Shown one piece after another: positions 6,286 through 14,336 of a stretch of DNA of 24,000 bases (its first letter is position 1; each line of letters opens with the position of its first letter). A program made the translations under genes and the position numbers. The DNA is from Pleurocapsa minor HA4230-MV1 (GTDB taxonomy: Bacteria; Cyanobacteriota; Cyanobacteriia; Cyanobacteriales; Xenococcaceae). The notes under the pieces are model-generated. The model had not been told where the DNA came from, did not search any database, and saw nothing but the letters and a program-made list of their open reading frames with translations. Location: assembly GCA_019359095.1 (NCBI GenBank), contig JAHHHZ010000021.1, positions 177,327-201,326 on the forward strand, in the 5' to 3' direction.

Positions 6286-7881
6286 TTATGTTACTGGTGG
6301 TTTGCCTGTAGCAGGAGAGCATGTAGTACCAGAAAAACAACTAGGAGCAAATTTCTGTTTAAATACATCTGAGGTAACAATAAAGATATTATCTTGTAAA
6401 TCAAATCCAGGTTTCGTAGTATCAGCATGAACACCAATTTCAAACCCAATAATTCGTTGATCCTCTCCTAAAAGTTTTAATCTTGCCTTTTCTGCTGTCT
6501 TTTGTTCTGCTGTCAAACTTGCTAATGAGTCTATATAATTTTTATAGGCGTTGATATCATCCACAGAACTTGGAATTTTAAATTTTGTGTCTCGGTTGTT
6601 TAATATTTCGGCCAGGGTGCCTGTAGTAGTATTATTAGCACTATCAATAATTGCCCAACCCTTATTATATAAAAACTTGCCTAGAGTTTCTTGCCCTAAT
6701 GCATTAGTGCCATATTGGGGAACACTAGAACCTTGTTTAAAAAATTGAACAGTTTCATTAGTAATACCAATAGCACCATTAACCCTAGTTGGGTTACTAG
6801 CATCTGTGGGACAACTTCCTGAACCACGACTAGCATCACAATAACCATTAAATGTTTTAGGATTACCAAAGTTGATGGTGTGTGATACTGAAGCTGAGCT
6901 ACTGTCACAACCTGTTGCATTTAAAGGATTAGAAGTAATTGTTAGCGGTTGATTATCTTTTATTTCAATTGGTTGGGGTTGGGCTTGTGTAGTGATATTT
7001 GGATTTTGAGTCCAACTAACTTTATTAGGATCTGTATCAGGAGTTGCAGAATTACTAAAATCAGTTCGCATATGCCACCATTCTGGTGTAGTAACACCTG
7101 CAACATTAACATCCTTGCATTTATAGTTTCCTCCTAAACCTTCAACATTCCAGCTAATAGATGTATTATCATCCATTTTATTTGCAAGAGTTTCTCTAGC
7201 TCTAGCTACAACTTGACTGTCATTGGTTTGGCTATCATTATTTACGCCACTGGCAGTTTTGGTTTGTCCTGTGAGAAATAACTGCGCTGTATTTGTGCCA
7301 GTAATACAAGCATAAAAACCTTTAGGAGTAGCTGGGGTAACTGTTCCAGTAGAACAAGGAGAAGTTACGGTTGTATCATTAATACCATCAATTAATGCTT
7401 GCTCTGTCCATGTGCCAGCAGTATATTCACCATTCGCGTTCAATGGTGGCCCCCATCTATATAACACTTGAGGTCCTTTCCAATTTTCTAGACCTGTTGA
7501 TTTGAGATAATAGACTATTTTTCCTCTAGAATTTATTTCTGGGATATCTAATGCAAAAACTGGTGTTTTCGGATTTCCATCAGAATCTGTAAGACTGAAA
7601 GTGCCACCAGTACCACTCACATTAGCAATAGTTACATTTGTCTCAATATTTCTAGCTCGTTTAACTTCGTCAGAAATAAAATCCAAAGCGCGGGAGTTTT
7701 CGGTTCTGGCTTTTACTTTTGAAGTTTCACTTTGACTAGTTGCTAATACTGTCATGAGACCAAAACCCAACGCACCAATAACAAAAATACTCATGAATAA
7801 ACCAACCAAGAGTTCAGTTAGAGTAAAACCAGCATTAGATTTGTTTTTTTTTAAAAGTTTGTATAACTCTTTATTTTTCAT
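6286..7881 (-). CDS. Large GspJ/PilW-like pseudopilin with ~400-aa uncharacterised C-terminal region (531 aa)
   Basis: The track ORF runs to 8049, but the internal ATG ending at 7881 gives the leader MKNKELYKLLKKNKSNAG|FTLTELLVGLFMSIFVIG. This is followed by ...SRALDFISDEVKRA, which is PulJ-like. The remainder is Cys-containing and N/T/S-rich with no domain I recognise. Confidence 0.7.
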   Translation of the reverse strand: MKNKELYKLLKKNKSNAGFTLTELLVGLFMSIFVIGALGFGLMTVLATSQSETSKVKARTENSRALDFISDEVKRARNIETNVTIANVSGTGGTFSLTDSDGNPKTPVFALDIPEINSRGKIVYYLKSTGLENWKGPQVLYRWGPPLNANGEYTAGTWTEQALIDGINDTTVTSPCSTGTVTPATPKGFYACITGTNTAQLFLTGQTKTASGVNNDSQTNDSQVVARARETLANKMDDNTSISWNVEGLGGNYKCKDVNVAGVTTPEWWHMRTDFSNSATPDTDPNKVSWTQNPNITTQAQPQPIEIKDNQPLTITSNPLNATGCDSSSASVSHTINFGNPKTFNGYCDASRGSGSCPTDASNPTRVNGAIGITNETVQFFKQGSSVPQYGTNALGQETLGKFLYNKGWAIIDSANNTTTGTLAEILNNRDTKFKIPSSVDDINAYKNYIDSLASLTAEQKTAEKARLKLLGEDQRIIGFEIGVHADTTKPGFDLQDNIFIVTSDVFKQKFAPSCFSGTTCSPATGKPPVT

Positions 7882-8130
7882 ATTAAGGATTTTCTTGGCG
7901 ATAAAATTTAAAATATATTTTGTAGTATTCGGGCTATGTCGATCGGCAAAATAATCAGGGATTAAATATTGCTTATACTTGTTGCCATTTATACAATTAC
8001 TGTCCCAATATAGTTGGCGCGATCGAGCTACGTAAATTGGTAAAGACACTGATTTTTAAGTAAAGTTAAAGTAAATTTAAGGTAAATTGCTTTTTTTGAA
8101 TCTGCTAAAATAGTTAGGCACAACAAAGCT

Positions 8131-8841
8131 ATGGCATATATCCGCACCAAAAAAGTGAAGGGAAAAGAGTACCAATACTTAGTTGAAGGGTATCGAGATC
8201 AAAATGGTAAGGTCAAACAGCGAACCATCAAGTATTTGGGTGCAGTTTCAGCTAATAATGAAGGAAATGAAATGGTTACTACTCCCACTAAAAAAATAAC
8301 TTTTGCAGAATATCTAGATTATGACGATGGTACAGATAAGTGTTATGAGTTGGTGGATGGAGAATTAGTAGTAATGAATCCACCAGCTAAAAAACATTTT
8401 AAAATCAGTCGTTTTTTAGTAAGACTGTTTGAAGATTTCGTATCTCGCCAAAAATTGGATATTGAGGTGATTACAGGTATCGGAGTAAGAACTGGGTTAA
8501 ATAAAGCTCGTATACCTGATGTGAGCGTAATTGACGGCGAAGTATGGCGTAGTATACCTGATAATGCCTCGGCTGTGGTTCAAGTACCCCTTATGCTGGC
8601 GGTAGAAATAGTTAGTCCTGGTAGAGAGCAACTATCTAGAGACTATACCGAGAAGGTAGTTGAGTATCAAAACTCAGGTATTCCTGAATATTGGATTGTT
8701 GACCCCATGGAACAGAAAATAACCGTTCTGGTTCTAGAAGATGGTAGCTACAATAAAACTATATTTACTGGAAAATCAGCGATTGGTTCTAATACATTTC
8801 CAGGATTTGAAATAACGGCGGAAGAAATAATATCTGCGTGA
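8131..8841 (+). CDS. Uma2 (DUF820) family endonuclease with in-frame 47-aa N-terminal extension
   Basis: From Met48 (8272) the sequence is a typical Uma2 protein: ITFAEYLDYDDGTDKCYELVDGELVVMNPP...IPDVSVI...AVEIVSPG...EYWIVDP. GAAGGAAA sits just upstream of 8272. The extension MAYIRTKKVKGKEYQYLVEGYRDQNGKVKQRTIKYLG has no intervening stop. Confidence 0.8.
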   Translation: MAYIRTKKVKGKEYQYLVEGYRDQNGKVKQRTIKYLGAVSANNEGNEMVTTPTKKITFAEYLDYDDGTDKCYELVDGELVVMNPPAKKHFKISRFLVRLFEDFVSRQKLDIEVITGIGVRTGLNKARIPDVSVIDGEVWRSIPDNASAVVQVPLMLAVEIVSPGREQLSRDYTEKVVEYQNSGIPEYWIVDPMEQKITVLVLEDGSYNKTIFTGKSAIGSNTFPGFEITAEEIISA

Positions 8842-8858
8842 ACAATAAGTTATGTAAG

Positions 8859-9947
8859 TTATAAATATCCTGCGAGTAGAATGTCTGAACCTATTACCTT
8901 AACGTCAACATCTTGTAATTGCAATGCTTCTGTCATCTGGTTGAAACCTAAGTTACCGACAGGGGATGGTGCGTCTGTGCCACCAATGATTTTAGGCGCG
9001 ATGAATGCCATTACTTTTTGAATTGTACCATCGGCGATCGCTTTAGCTGCTAATGTACCGCCACATTCCCAAAGAACTTTGGAGATTCCTCTTTGATATA
9101 GATGTTCCATTACTATTTTTGGCGTGAGTGCAGCAACGGTAATAATATGAGTATTGTCACTGAGTAGTTTTTGCTGCTGTGCAGGATCGTTATTTTCAGT
9201 GAAGATAAGAGTGTCAGCTAAATTGTCATGCCAGAGGTTGCAATTAGAGGGTAGATCGAGACTACGACTCATAACAACTCGCAACGGGTTGTGTTCGGTA
9301 ACACCATGAGTAGTCAGACTGGGGTTGTCTTGGCGGACTGTATTTCCCCCAATGATTACAGCATCACAGGTGCTTCTTACCTGATGTACGAGATGACGGG
9401 AAGCTTTACTACTCACCCAAGCACTATGTCCAGTCGCAGTAGCTATTTTGCCATCTAAAGTCATGGCATATTTAAGTATGCCAAAGGGTTGTTGATGCAG
9501 TATCCGATGGATAAAGGCTTCATTTAGTTGACGACAGGCGCTTTCTTCTACCCCCACGATAACTTCGATTCCTGCTTCCCGTAGCTTTTTAATTCCCCCG
9601 CCAGCAACGCGAGGATCGGGATCTACCATGCCTGTAACTACTTTTGCTACCTGCGCTTTAATTAATGCATCAGAACAGGGGGGAGTTCTCCCATAGTGAT
9701 TACAGGGTTCTAGGTTGACATATACTGTTGCGCCTTGAGCTTGTCCTGCATCTTGTAAGGCAAATACTTCTGCATGGGGTTGTCCAACTCCTGGATGAAA
9801 ACCAGATCCAATCACTACGCCATCTTTAACTACAACTGAACCGACTAAAGGGTTGGGTGATGTTTGTCCTGCTGCACGTTGAGCTAGCTGCAAACATTTC
9901 TGCATCATTTCACGGTCAAAAGCTGAGATTTGAGGTTGATTGGTCAT
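8859..9947 (-). CDS. ribD: Bifunctional riboflavin biosynthesis protein RibD (pyrimidine deaminase / uracil reductase)
   Basis: 362 aa. The deaminase zinc motif is present as HAEVFAL...PCNHYGRTPPC. This is followed by a reductase-half pattern (KYAMTLDGKIA...GGNTVRQDNP...ECGG). Confidence 0.95.
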   Translation of the reverse strand: MTNQPQISAFDREMMQKCLQLAQRAAGQTSPNPLVGSVVVKDGVVIGSGFHPGVGQPHAEVFALQDAGQAQGATVYVNLEPCNHYGRTPPCSDALIKAQVAKVVTGMVDPDPRVAGGGIKKLREAGIEVIVGVEESACRQLNEAFIHRILHQQPFGILKYAMTLDGKIATATGHSAWVSSKASRHLVHQVRSTCDAVIIGGNTVRQDNPSLTTHGVTEHNPLRVVMSRSLDLPSNCNLWHDNLADTLIFTENNDPAQQQKLLSDNTHIITVAALTPKIVMEHLYQRGISKVLWECGGTLAAKAIADGTIQKVMAFIAPKIIGGTDAPSPVGNLGFNQMTEALQLQDVDVKVIGSDILLAGYL

Positions 9948-10148
9948 AGCACTATTAATTAGCTAATTAGCGAGACTAGTAATTACATGTAAAGTTACCT
10001 TCAAGATTTCTAGTTTACGTATATTTTCGGTCGCCATTACTTAATCCAAGGGATATAACTGCGTGGATAGCCCTAGGTTCTTGCTGTTGTCCAGTTTTTG
10101 TCATTTGAGAAAAATTTAACAACTTTTGACCTTCGCTTTAGTTAATGC

Positions 10149-10454
10149 TTGCAGGAAGATGATTTCGTGATTGAAATAAAGATTATTAGCGCTAGTCCTG
10201 GTATGAGTACTCAAGAACAATTATTACAGCTAATACAAGCCAGAAAAACGGGTATAACCATCAAAGAGATTAAACGTATTCTTAATCGTCCCATATCGAT
10301 GATTCAGATTCATCTTAGAGAATTAATTGCCGATAAAGCCATTATTACCCACAAAAATAGGGCGGGAGTTGGCTTGATTTACTATCCTGGTAAAAATATC
10401 GGTGTTGCTGACCAAATAATGTCGCAGGAAACAGCTATAAGCTATAAGCTATAA
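10149..10454 (+). CDS. Small putative winged-helix/HTH protein (hypothetical)
   Basis: The ORF begins at TTG 10149, with an alternative ATG at 10203 (MSTQEQLLQLIQARKTGITIKEIKRILNRPISMIQIHLRELIADKAI). The pattern looks like a small DNA-binding fold. I am not certain of any family. Confidence 0.4.
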   Translation: MQEDDFVIEIKIISASPGMSTQEQLLQLIQARKTGITIKEIKRILNRPISMIQIHLRELIADKAIITHKNRAGVGLIYYPGKNIGVADQIMSQETAISYKL

Positions 10455-10578
10455 GCAATTTTTACTTTTCGGTAGGGGAACAAAATATTTTATAAGCATT
10501 ACGCATTCACCAACACTTAATTTAGCAACGCCAAAATATCAATTAATAGTTATATTTATTTATTACGATAGTCCCTTC

Positions 10579-11457
10579 ATGAAACAGCCTAAAAGAATTA
10601 TTTTAGCTTTAGTTTGCTTGGGCTTTGGCTTATTGCTTGCGATTCAATCTCGACCAGCTCAATCGATCGCAGATAATCAACTTAATTATCAAACTATCAA
10701 GCGATCGCAATATACTATTCATACAGTCACAATTCCCCACCACAGTAATTATCTAGTTAGTCCCGTTATTTCAGGAGATCTACAGCCCATCTCGGACTTT
10801 GCTCAAGATCAGGTTGTGGCAGCGATTAATGGTGGTTATTTTGACCCTGTTAACCAGAAGACAACTTCTTTTATCGTCGAGCGATCGCAAATTGTGGCCG
10901 ATCCACGTTTTAATGAAAGACTGGTAGATAATCCCGATCTTAAACAGTACTTGAGAAAAATTTTTAATCGTGCTGAGTTTCGTCGCTATAACTGTGCTGG
11001 ATCAATGCAATACGATATTCAGCTACATTCCGCACCCATACCTAACGATTGTACCTTAATTGAGTCTTTAGGGGGAGGGCCTGGTTTATTACCTCAAGAT
11101 ACTTCCGAGGCTGAGGGTTTTATTACCTATCAAAAAGGTGAAAAAATTCGCGATGCGATCGGCAATAATAGTTTGAATGCTCGAAGTGCAGTAGGCATTA
11201 CTCAAGCTGGAGACGTTATCTTGGCTATGGTAGCGCAACACTCAGATCGACCTTTAAATTCGGGTATCTCGATTCCTGAACTGGGTTCGGTGATGTCTAG
11301 TTTGGGTGCAGTTAAGGCAATGAATCTCGATGGCGGAAGTTCAGCCTCGCTTTACTATAATGGTCGGGCTATTTATGGCAGAGTAGATCGAGCAGGAAAG
11401 AAAATTATTAGACCGATTAAATCTATTTTGTCAGTAACTAAGCTTGTACACATTTAA
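10579..11457 (+). CDS. Secreted phosphodiester glycosidase family protein (NAGPA/DUF2233-like)
   Basis: It has an N-terminal signal-like segment, MKQPKRIILALVCLGFGLLLAIQS. Family-typical motifs are AINGGYFD, ARSAVG and AMNLDGGSSASL. Confidence 0.75.
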   Translation: MKQPKRIILALVCLGFGLLLAIQSRPAQSIADNQLNYQTIKRSQYTIHTVTIPHHSNYLVSPVISGDLQPISDFAQDQVVAAINGGYFDPVNQKTTSFIVERSQIVADPRFNERLVDNPDLKQYLRKIFNRAEFRRYNCAGSMQYDIQLHSAPIPNDCTLIESLGGGPGLLPQDTSEAEGFITYQKGEKIRDAIGNNSLNARSAVGITQAGDVILAMVAQHSDRPLNSGISIPELGSVMSSLGAVKAMNLDGGSSASLYYNGRAIYGRVDRAGKKIIRPIKSILSVTKLVHI

Positions 11458-11512
11458 CGCATTTAAATTGTGTATTATGACCATAAACAATAAATCATTA
11501 AAGTCTCCTCCC

Positions 11513-11564
11513 TATTTTCCTATCTCCCTGTCTCCCTATCTCCCTATCTCCCCGTCTCCCCGTC
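11513..11564. repeat. Tandem octamer array (TATCTCCC / TGTCTCCC / CGTCTCCC)
   Basis: One degenerate unit plus five good 8-bp units are read directly. The array lies between convergent genes (glycosidase stop 11457, exbD stop 11579). It generates the spurious SPPYFPISLSPYLPISPSP ORF. Confidence 0.8.
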
Positions 11565-11578
11565 AATCAACTTTTGCT

Positions 11579-11980
11579 TTACTCTTTAGTAGCTGCGATC
11601 GCCATGGTTGCCCCTGGTACTTGGCGCAAACGATCCATTACTTTAACTACCTGTCCGTGTTCGACTTTTTCATCAGCGTTAATAATTACCAATGAATCTG
11701 AATTGGGTGCAATTTTCTCCGTCAATGTGCCTTTTAATTGAGCGAGTTCAATTGGCTGACGGTCTACGAAGATATCTCCATCGGTTTCAATGGTAACGTT
11801 GATCTGTGCCGTTTGTTTGGGTTCGGATGTCTGCGCTGAAGGTAAATTAACTGGTAAACCTTGCGATCGTGTTAGAGACAAAGAAGAAACCATGAAAAAT
11901 GCCAAAATCGCAAAGATGACATCAATCATCGGCACAATATTAATCTCAAAATTCTCTTCAGGCTCATTAATGGGGCGCAT
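11579..11980 (-). CDS. exbD: Biopolymer transport protein ExbD/TolR
   Basis: 133 aa with INIVPMIDVIFAILAFFMV followed by a periplasmic domain. It overlaps the upstream exbB by 14 nt. Confidence 0.85.
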   Translation of the reverse strand: MRPINEPEENFEINIVPMIDVIFAILAFFMVSSLSLTRSQGLPVNLPSAQTSEPKQTAQINVTIETDGDIFVDRQPIELAQLKGTLTEKIAPNSDSLVIINADEKVEHGQVVKVMDRLRQVPGATMAIAATKE

Positions 11981-12611
11981 ATTTTCTTGCTCCTAGATGA
12001 AAACGACGATACAGCAGTTCTAATTGACCACCATATTCTTGAATTAATGCTAATTCCTGTAAGTATAGACCCCGAAAAGTATTGGCAAACAACAGCGTGA
12101 AGATTGCTACTACCAATCCCATTACCGTTGAGACTAAAGCTACACTTAGTCCCTCCATTACTCCTGCTGAGTTAGAACCAGTGGCATTCCCTATATCCAT
12201 CGATGAAAAAGATTCCATCAAGCCCAAAATCGTACCTAACAGTCCCAAAAGTGGAGAAGCCGCAACAATAGTTTGAAACAAAGTAGCAAATCGTCTCAAA
12301 GTTGGTATTTCTGCCTGGGTAGCACTATCTAGAGCCAAGCGAAACTCATCGGCAGTAGGTTCTTCTAGCTCTAAAGCCTCTAAAAAAATTCGGGCGATGG
12401 GTAATTGGGCATTCTTTTTTAATTTAGCTACTGCACCAAAAGAGTCAGAGCGATAGAGAGAAAGTGCTTCCTTAACAACACGCCGTTGCTTGCGCTTAAT
12501 TCGTACCCAAAAGATAATTCGCTCAATGATCAGAGCCACTGCTAAGAGAGAAAAAACCAGCAAAGGATAACTAACAATGCCCCCTGCTGTCAAAATATTG
12601 TTAATCGGCAT
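11967..12611 (-). CDS. exbB: MotA/TolQ/ExbB proton-channel protein
   Basis: 214 aa with three TM segments and the hallmark ASPLLGLLGTILGLMESF. Confidence 0.85.
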   Translation of the reverse strand: MPINNILTAGGIVSYPLLVFSLLAVALIIERIIFWVRIKRKQRRVVKEALSLYRSDSFGAVAKLKKNAQLPIARIFLEALELEEPTADEFRLALDSATQAEIPTLRRFATLFQTIVAASPLLGLLGTILGLMESFSSMDIGNATGSNSAGVMEGLSVALVSTVMGLVVAIFTLLFANTFRGLYLQELALIQEYGGQLELLYRRFHLGARKYAPH

Positions 12612-13117
12612 AAGCTCTATTCACAAGTAATTGCAATTAATTATCATCTTGATGTGTTAAAACATATCATATCCTATTGGTAAATCTACACCATAAAATT
12701 TTAAGTTTGAAGTTTTTTTACAACTCAAGTAAGGATTAAGATTTTGCGCTTGACTTAGCTAGTACCTCTAAGATACGTTCTCAGACTTTTGATTAGATAG
12801 TTAGGAGCAATACTTTGTTAGTATTTAACAGTTAGTATTTGACAACTTGAGAAGCTAGAACGGACAATTTATTAGGTGATGCAGCTGATCTTGTCACTAT
12901 CAAATAAACTACTTAAATAGAAAGATTAGCCGTTGCTTTAAAAAATACTTTTTTTATGATACTATTCGCTAATAGTAATTAATATCAATAAGTTTATTAC
13001 AGATAACGCTATTGTCAATAGTTAATCACCTCCGCCACAGGCTTCCTCGTATTGTGGTTGTTGCCTTAAGTTAGGAACTTGCTAAAACTTTCAGCTTCAA
13101 ACTAAAAATTATTACTA

Positions 13118-14296
13118 ATGTCTACTTCTAAGTTTTGTATTGAGCAACGTCAGCAAGAACAGCAACAGCTGAAAAAATTACTGATATTTGGTTTTGCTAG
13201 TTCTACATTACTACATGGGATAGCTGCCTATGCACTTCCTTATTTATCGGTTGAGTCACCCCAAGTTAAAAAACCGCTGGAATTGGTCATTGTGGATCGA
13301 CCAAAACCAAAGCCCAAACCAAAGCCGCCAGAAGTTAAAATAAAACCTCAACCTCAGATCGAATCAAAACCAATAGTCAAATCGGAACCCAAACCAACTC
13401 CCCAACCAGAACCAGTCAAAGCGGTAACTACACCTCCGCCAGTACCTAAGCCAGAACCAGTCAAAGCGGTAACGCCACCCCCGCCAGTACCTAAGCCAGA
13501 ACCAGTTAAAGCGGTAACGCCACCCCCGCCTGTAGCTAAACCAGAACCACCACAACCAACTCCCAAAAAGCTTTTAACCGCTCCCACCTCCGCTTCACCA
13601 TCGAGTGTTTCAGTACCAACTAGTTCGGCTTCAGATTCTGCCAATAACAACAATGACTATAATGGCAGTAATAGCTCAGAAGTGTCTGGTGAAGTCGCGA
13701 CCAATAGCAATAACAGCGCGTTATCAGGTACTGAGTCTGGTAGTGAGCCAGGAATTGCTTGTGTTAATAACTGTGAACCAGAGTACCCTGATGCCTTAGA
13801 AGGAGTAGAAGGTAGCGCGGGAGTAAAATTAACTATCGATTCCACTGGTAATGTAATCGGCGCAGAGTTAGCCTCTGCCGATAGTAACAGTCAAGTCAAT
13901 CGACAGGCATTATTGGCAGCTAGACAAATGGAGTTTAGTTCTCCCCCTGGTGGTAATGCAGCATCAGTCCAAGTCAAAATTAATTTTACTGTAGAGGGTT
14001 CCGAATACGATCGCCTTGCCCGCCAAGAGCAAGAAAAAAAAGAACAAGAAAGAAAAGAACGCCAAGAACAGCAGCAAAGACAGGTAAAACAGGCACAACA
14101 AGAACGATTGGAACAAGAAAGACAGGCAAGGATGCGTCAACAGCAGCAACAAAGACAGGTAGAAGTCAAACCGAAGCCCGAACTTCTAGATAACCAATCT
14201 GCACCGAAACCTTTGCCTACTCCTATGGAAATAGAACCAGACGAAGAGCAGCTACGCCAGTTTCGAGAAAGAATTGAGAATTATCAAGAAAAGTAA
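13118..14296 (+). CDS. TonB-like energy transducer with C-terminal Q/E/R/K-rich extension
   Basis: The N-terminal TM has an S-x3-H motif (STLLH) and is followed by a Pro/Lys-rich spacer. The TonB_C-like core is EPEYPDALEGVEGSAGVKLTIDSTGNV...ALLAARQMEFSSP. The gene is divergent from exbB-exbD. Confidence 0.8.
   Translation: MSTSKFCIEQRQQEQQQLKKLLIFGFASSTLLHGIAAYALPYLSVESPQVKKPLELVIVDRPKPKPKPKPPEVKIKPQPQIESKPIVKSEPKPTPQPEPVKAVTTPPPVPKPEPVKAVTPPPPVPKPEPVKAVTPPPPVAKPEPPQPTPKKLLTAPTSASPSSVSVPTSSASDSANNNNDYNGSNSSEVSGEVATNSNNSALSGTESGSEPGIACVNNCEPEYPDALEGVEGSAGVKLTIDSTGNVIGAELASADSNSQVNRQALLAARQMEFSSPPGGNAASVQVKINFTVEGSEYDRLARQEQEKKEQERKERQEQQQRQVKQAQQERLEQERQARMRQQQQQRQVEVKPKPELLDNQSAPKPLPTPMEIEPDEEQLRQFRERIENYQEK
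13406..13540 (+). repeat. 3 x 45-bp in-frame tandem repeat (PEPVKAVT(T/P)PPPV(P/A)K) within the tonB-like gene
   Basis: Units at 13406-13450, 13451-13495 and 13496-13540 are near-identical on direct reading. A partial fourth unit follows. Confidence 0.9.
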
Positions 14297-14336
14297 GTAA
14301 AATCATCAGCTAATCAATCAATAATAGCCAACTCTA

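Noticed and set aside
9948-10148. FMN (RFN) riboswitch upstream of ribD on the minus strand
   Set aside because: I could find no RFN-like conserved GC-rich segments, and the sequence is A/T-rich spacer.
11444-11695. 83-aa plus-strand ORF
   Set aside because: It is the translation of the octamer repeat plus the antisense of exbD, and has no independent support.
12612-13117. Fur boxes in the exbB / tonB divergent region (for example around AATTGCAATTAATTATCAT at 12628-12646, and GATAACGCTATTGTCAAT near 13002). A perfect TTGACA hexamer also follows two GTTAGTATTT direct repeats (12817-12844).
   Set aside because: The best hand alignment to GATAATGATAATCATTATC was only about 11/19 in very A/T-rich DNA. 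No properly spaced -10 follows the TTGACA. A PWM scan and iron-response data are needed.
13354-13653. Two overlapping minus-strand ORFs (99 and 63 aa) in the tonB-like gene
   Set aside because: They are artefacts of the 45-bp Pro-codon tandem repeat read on the opposite strand, giving G/T/L or W/F/R repeats.
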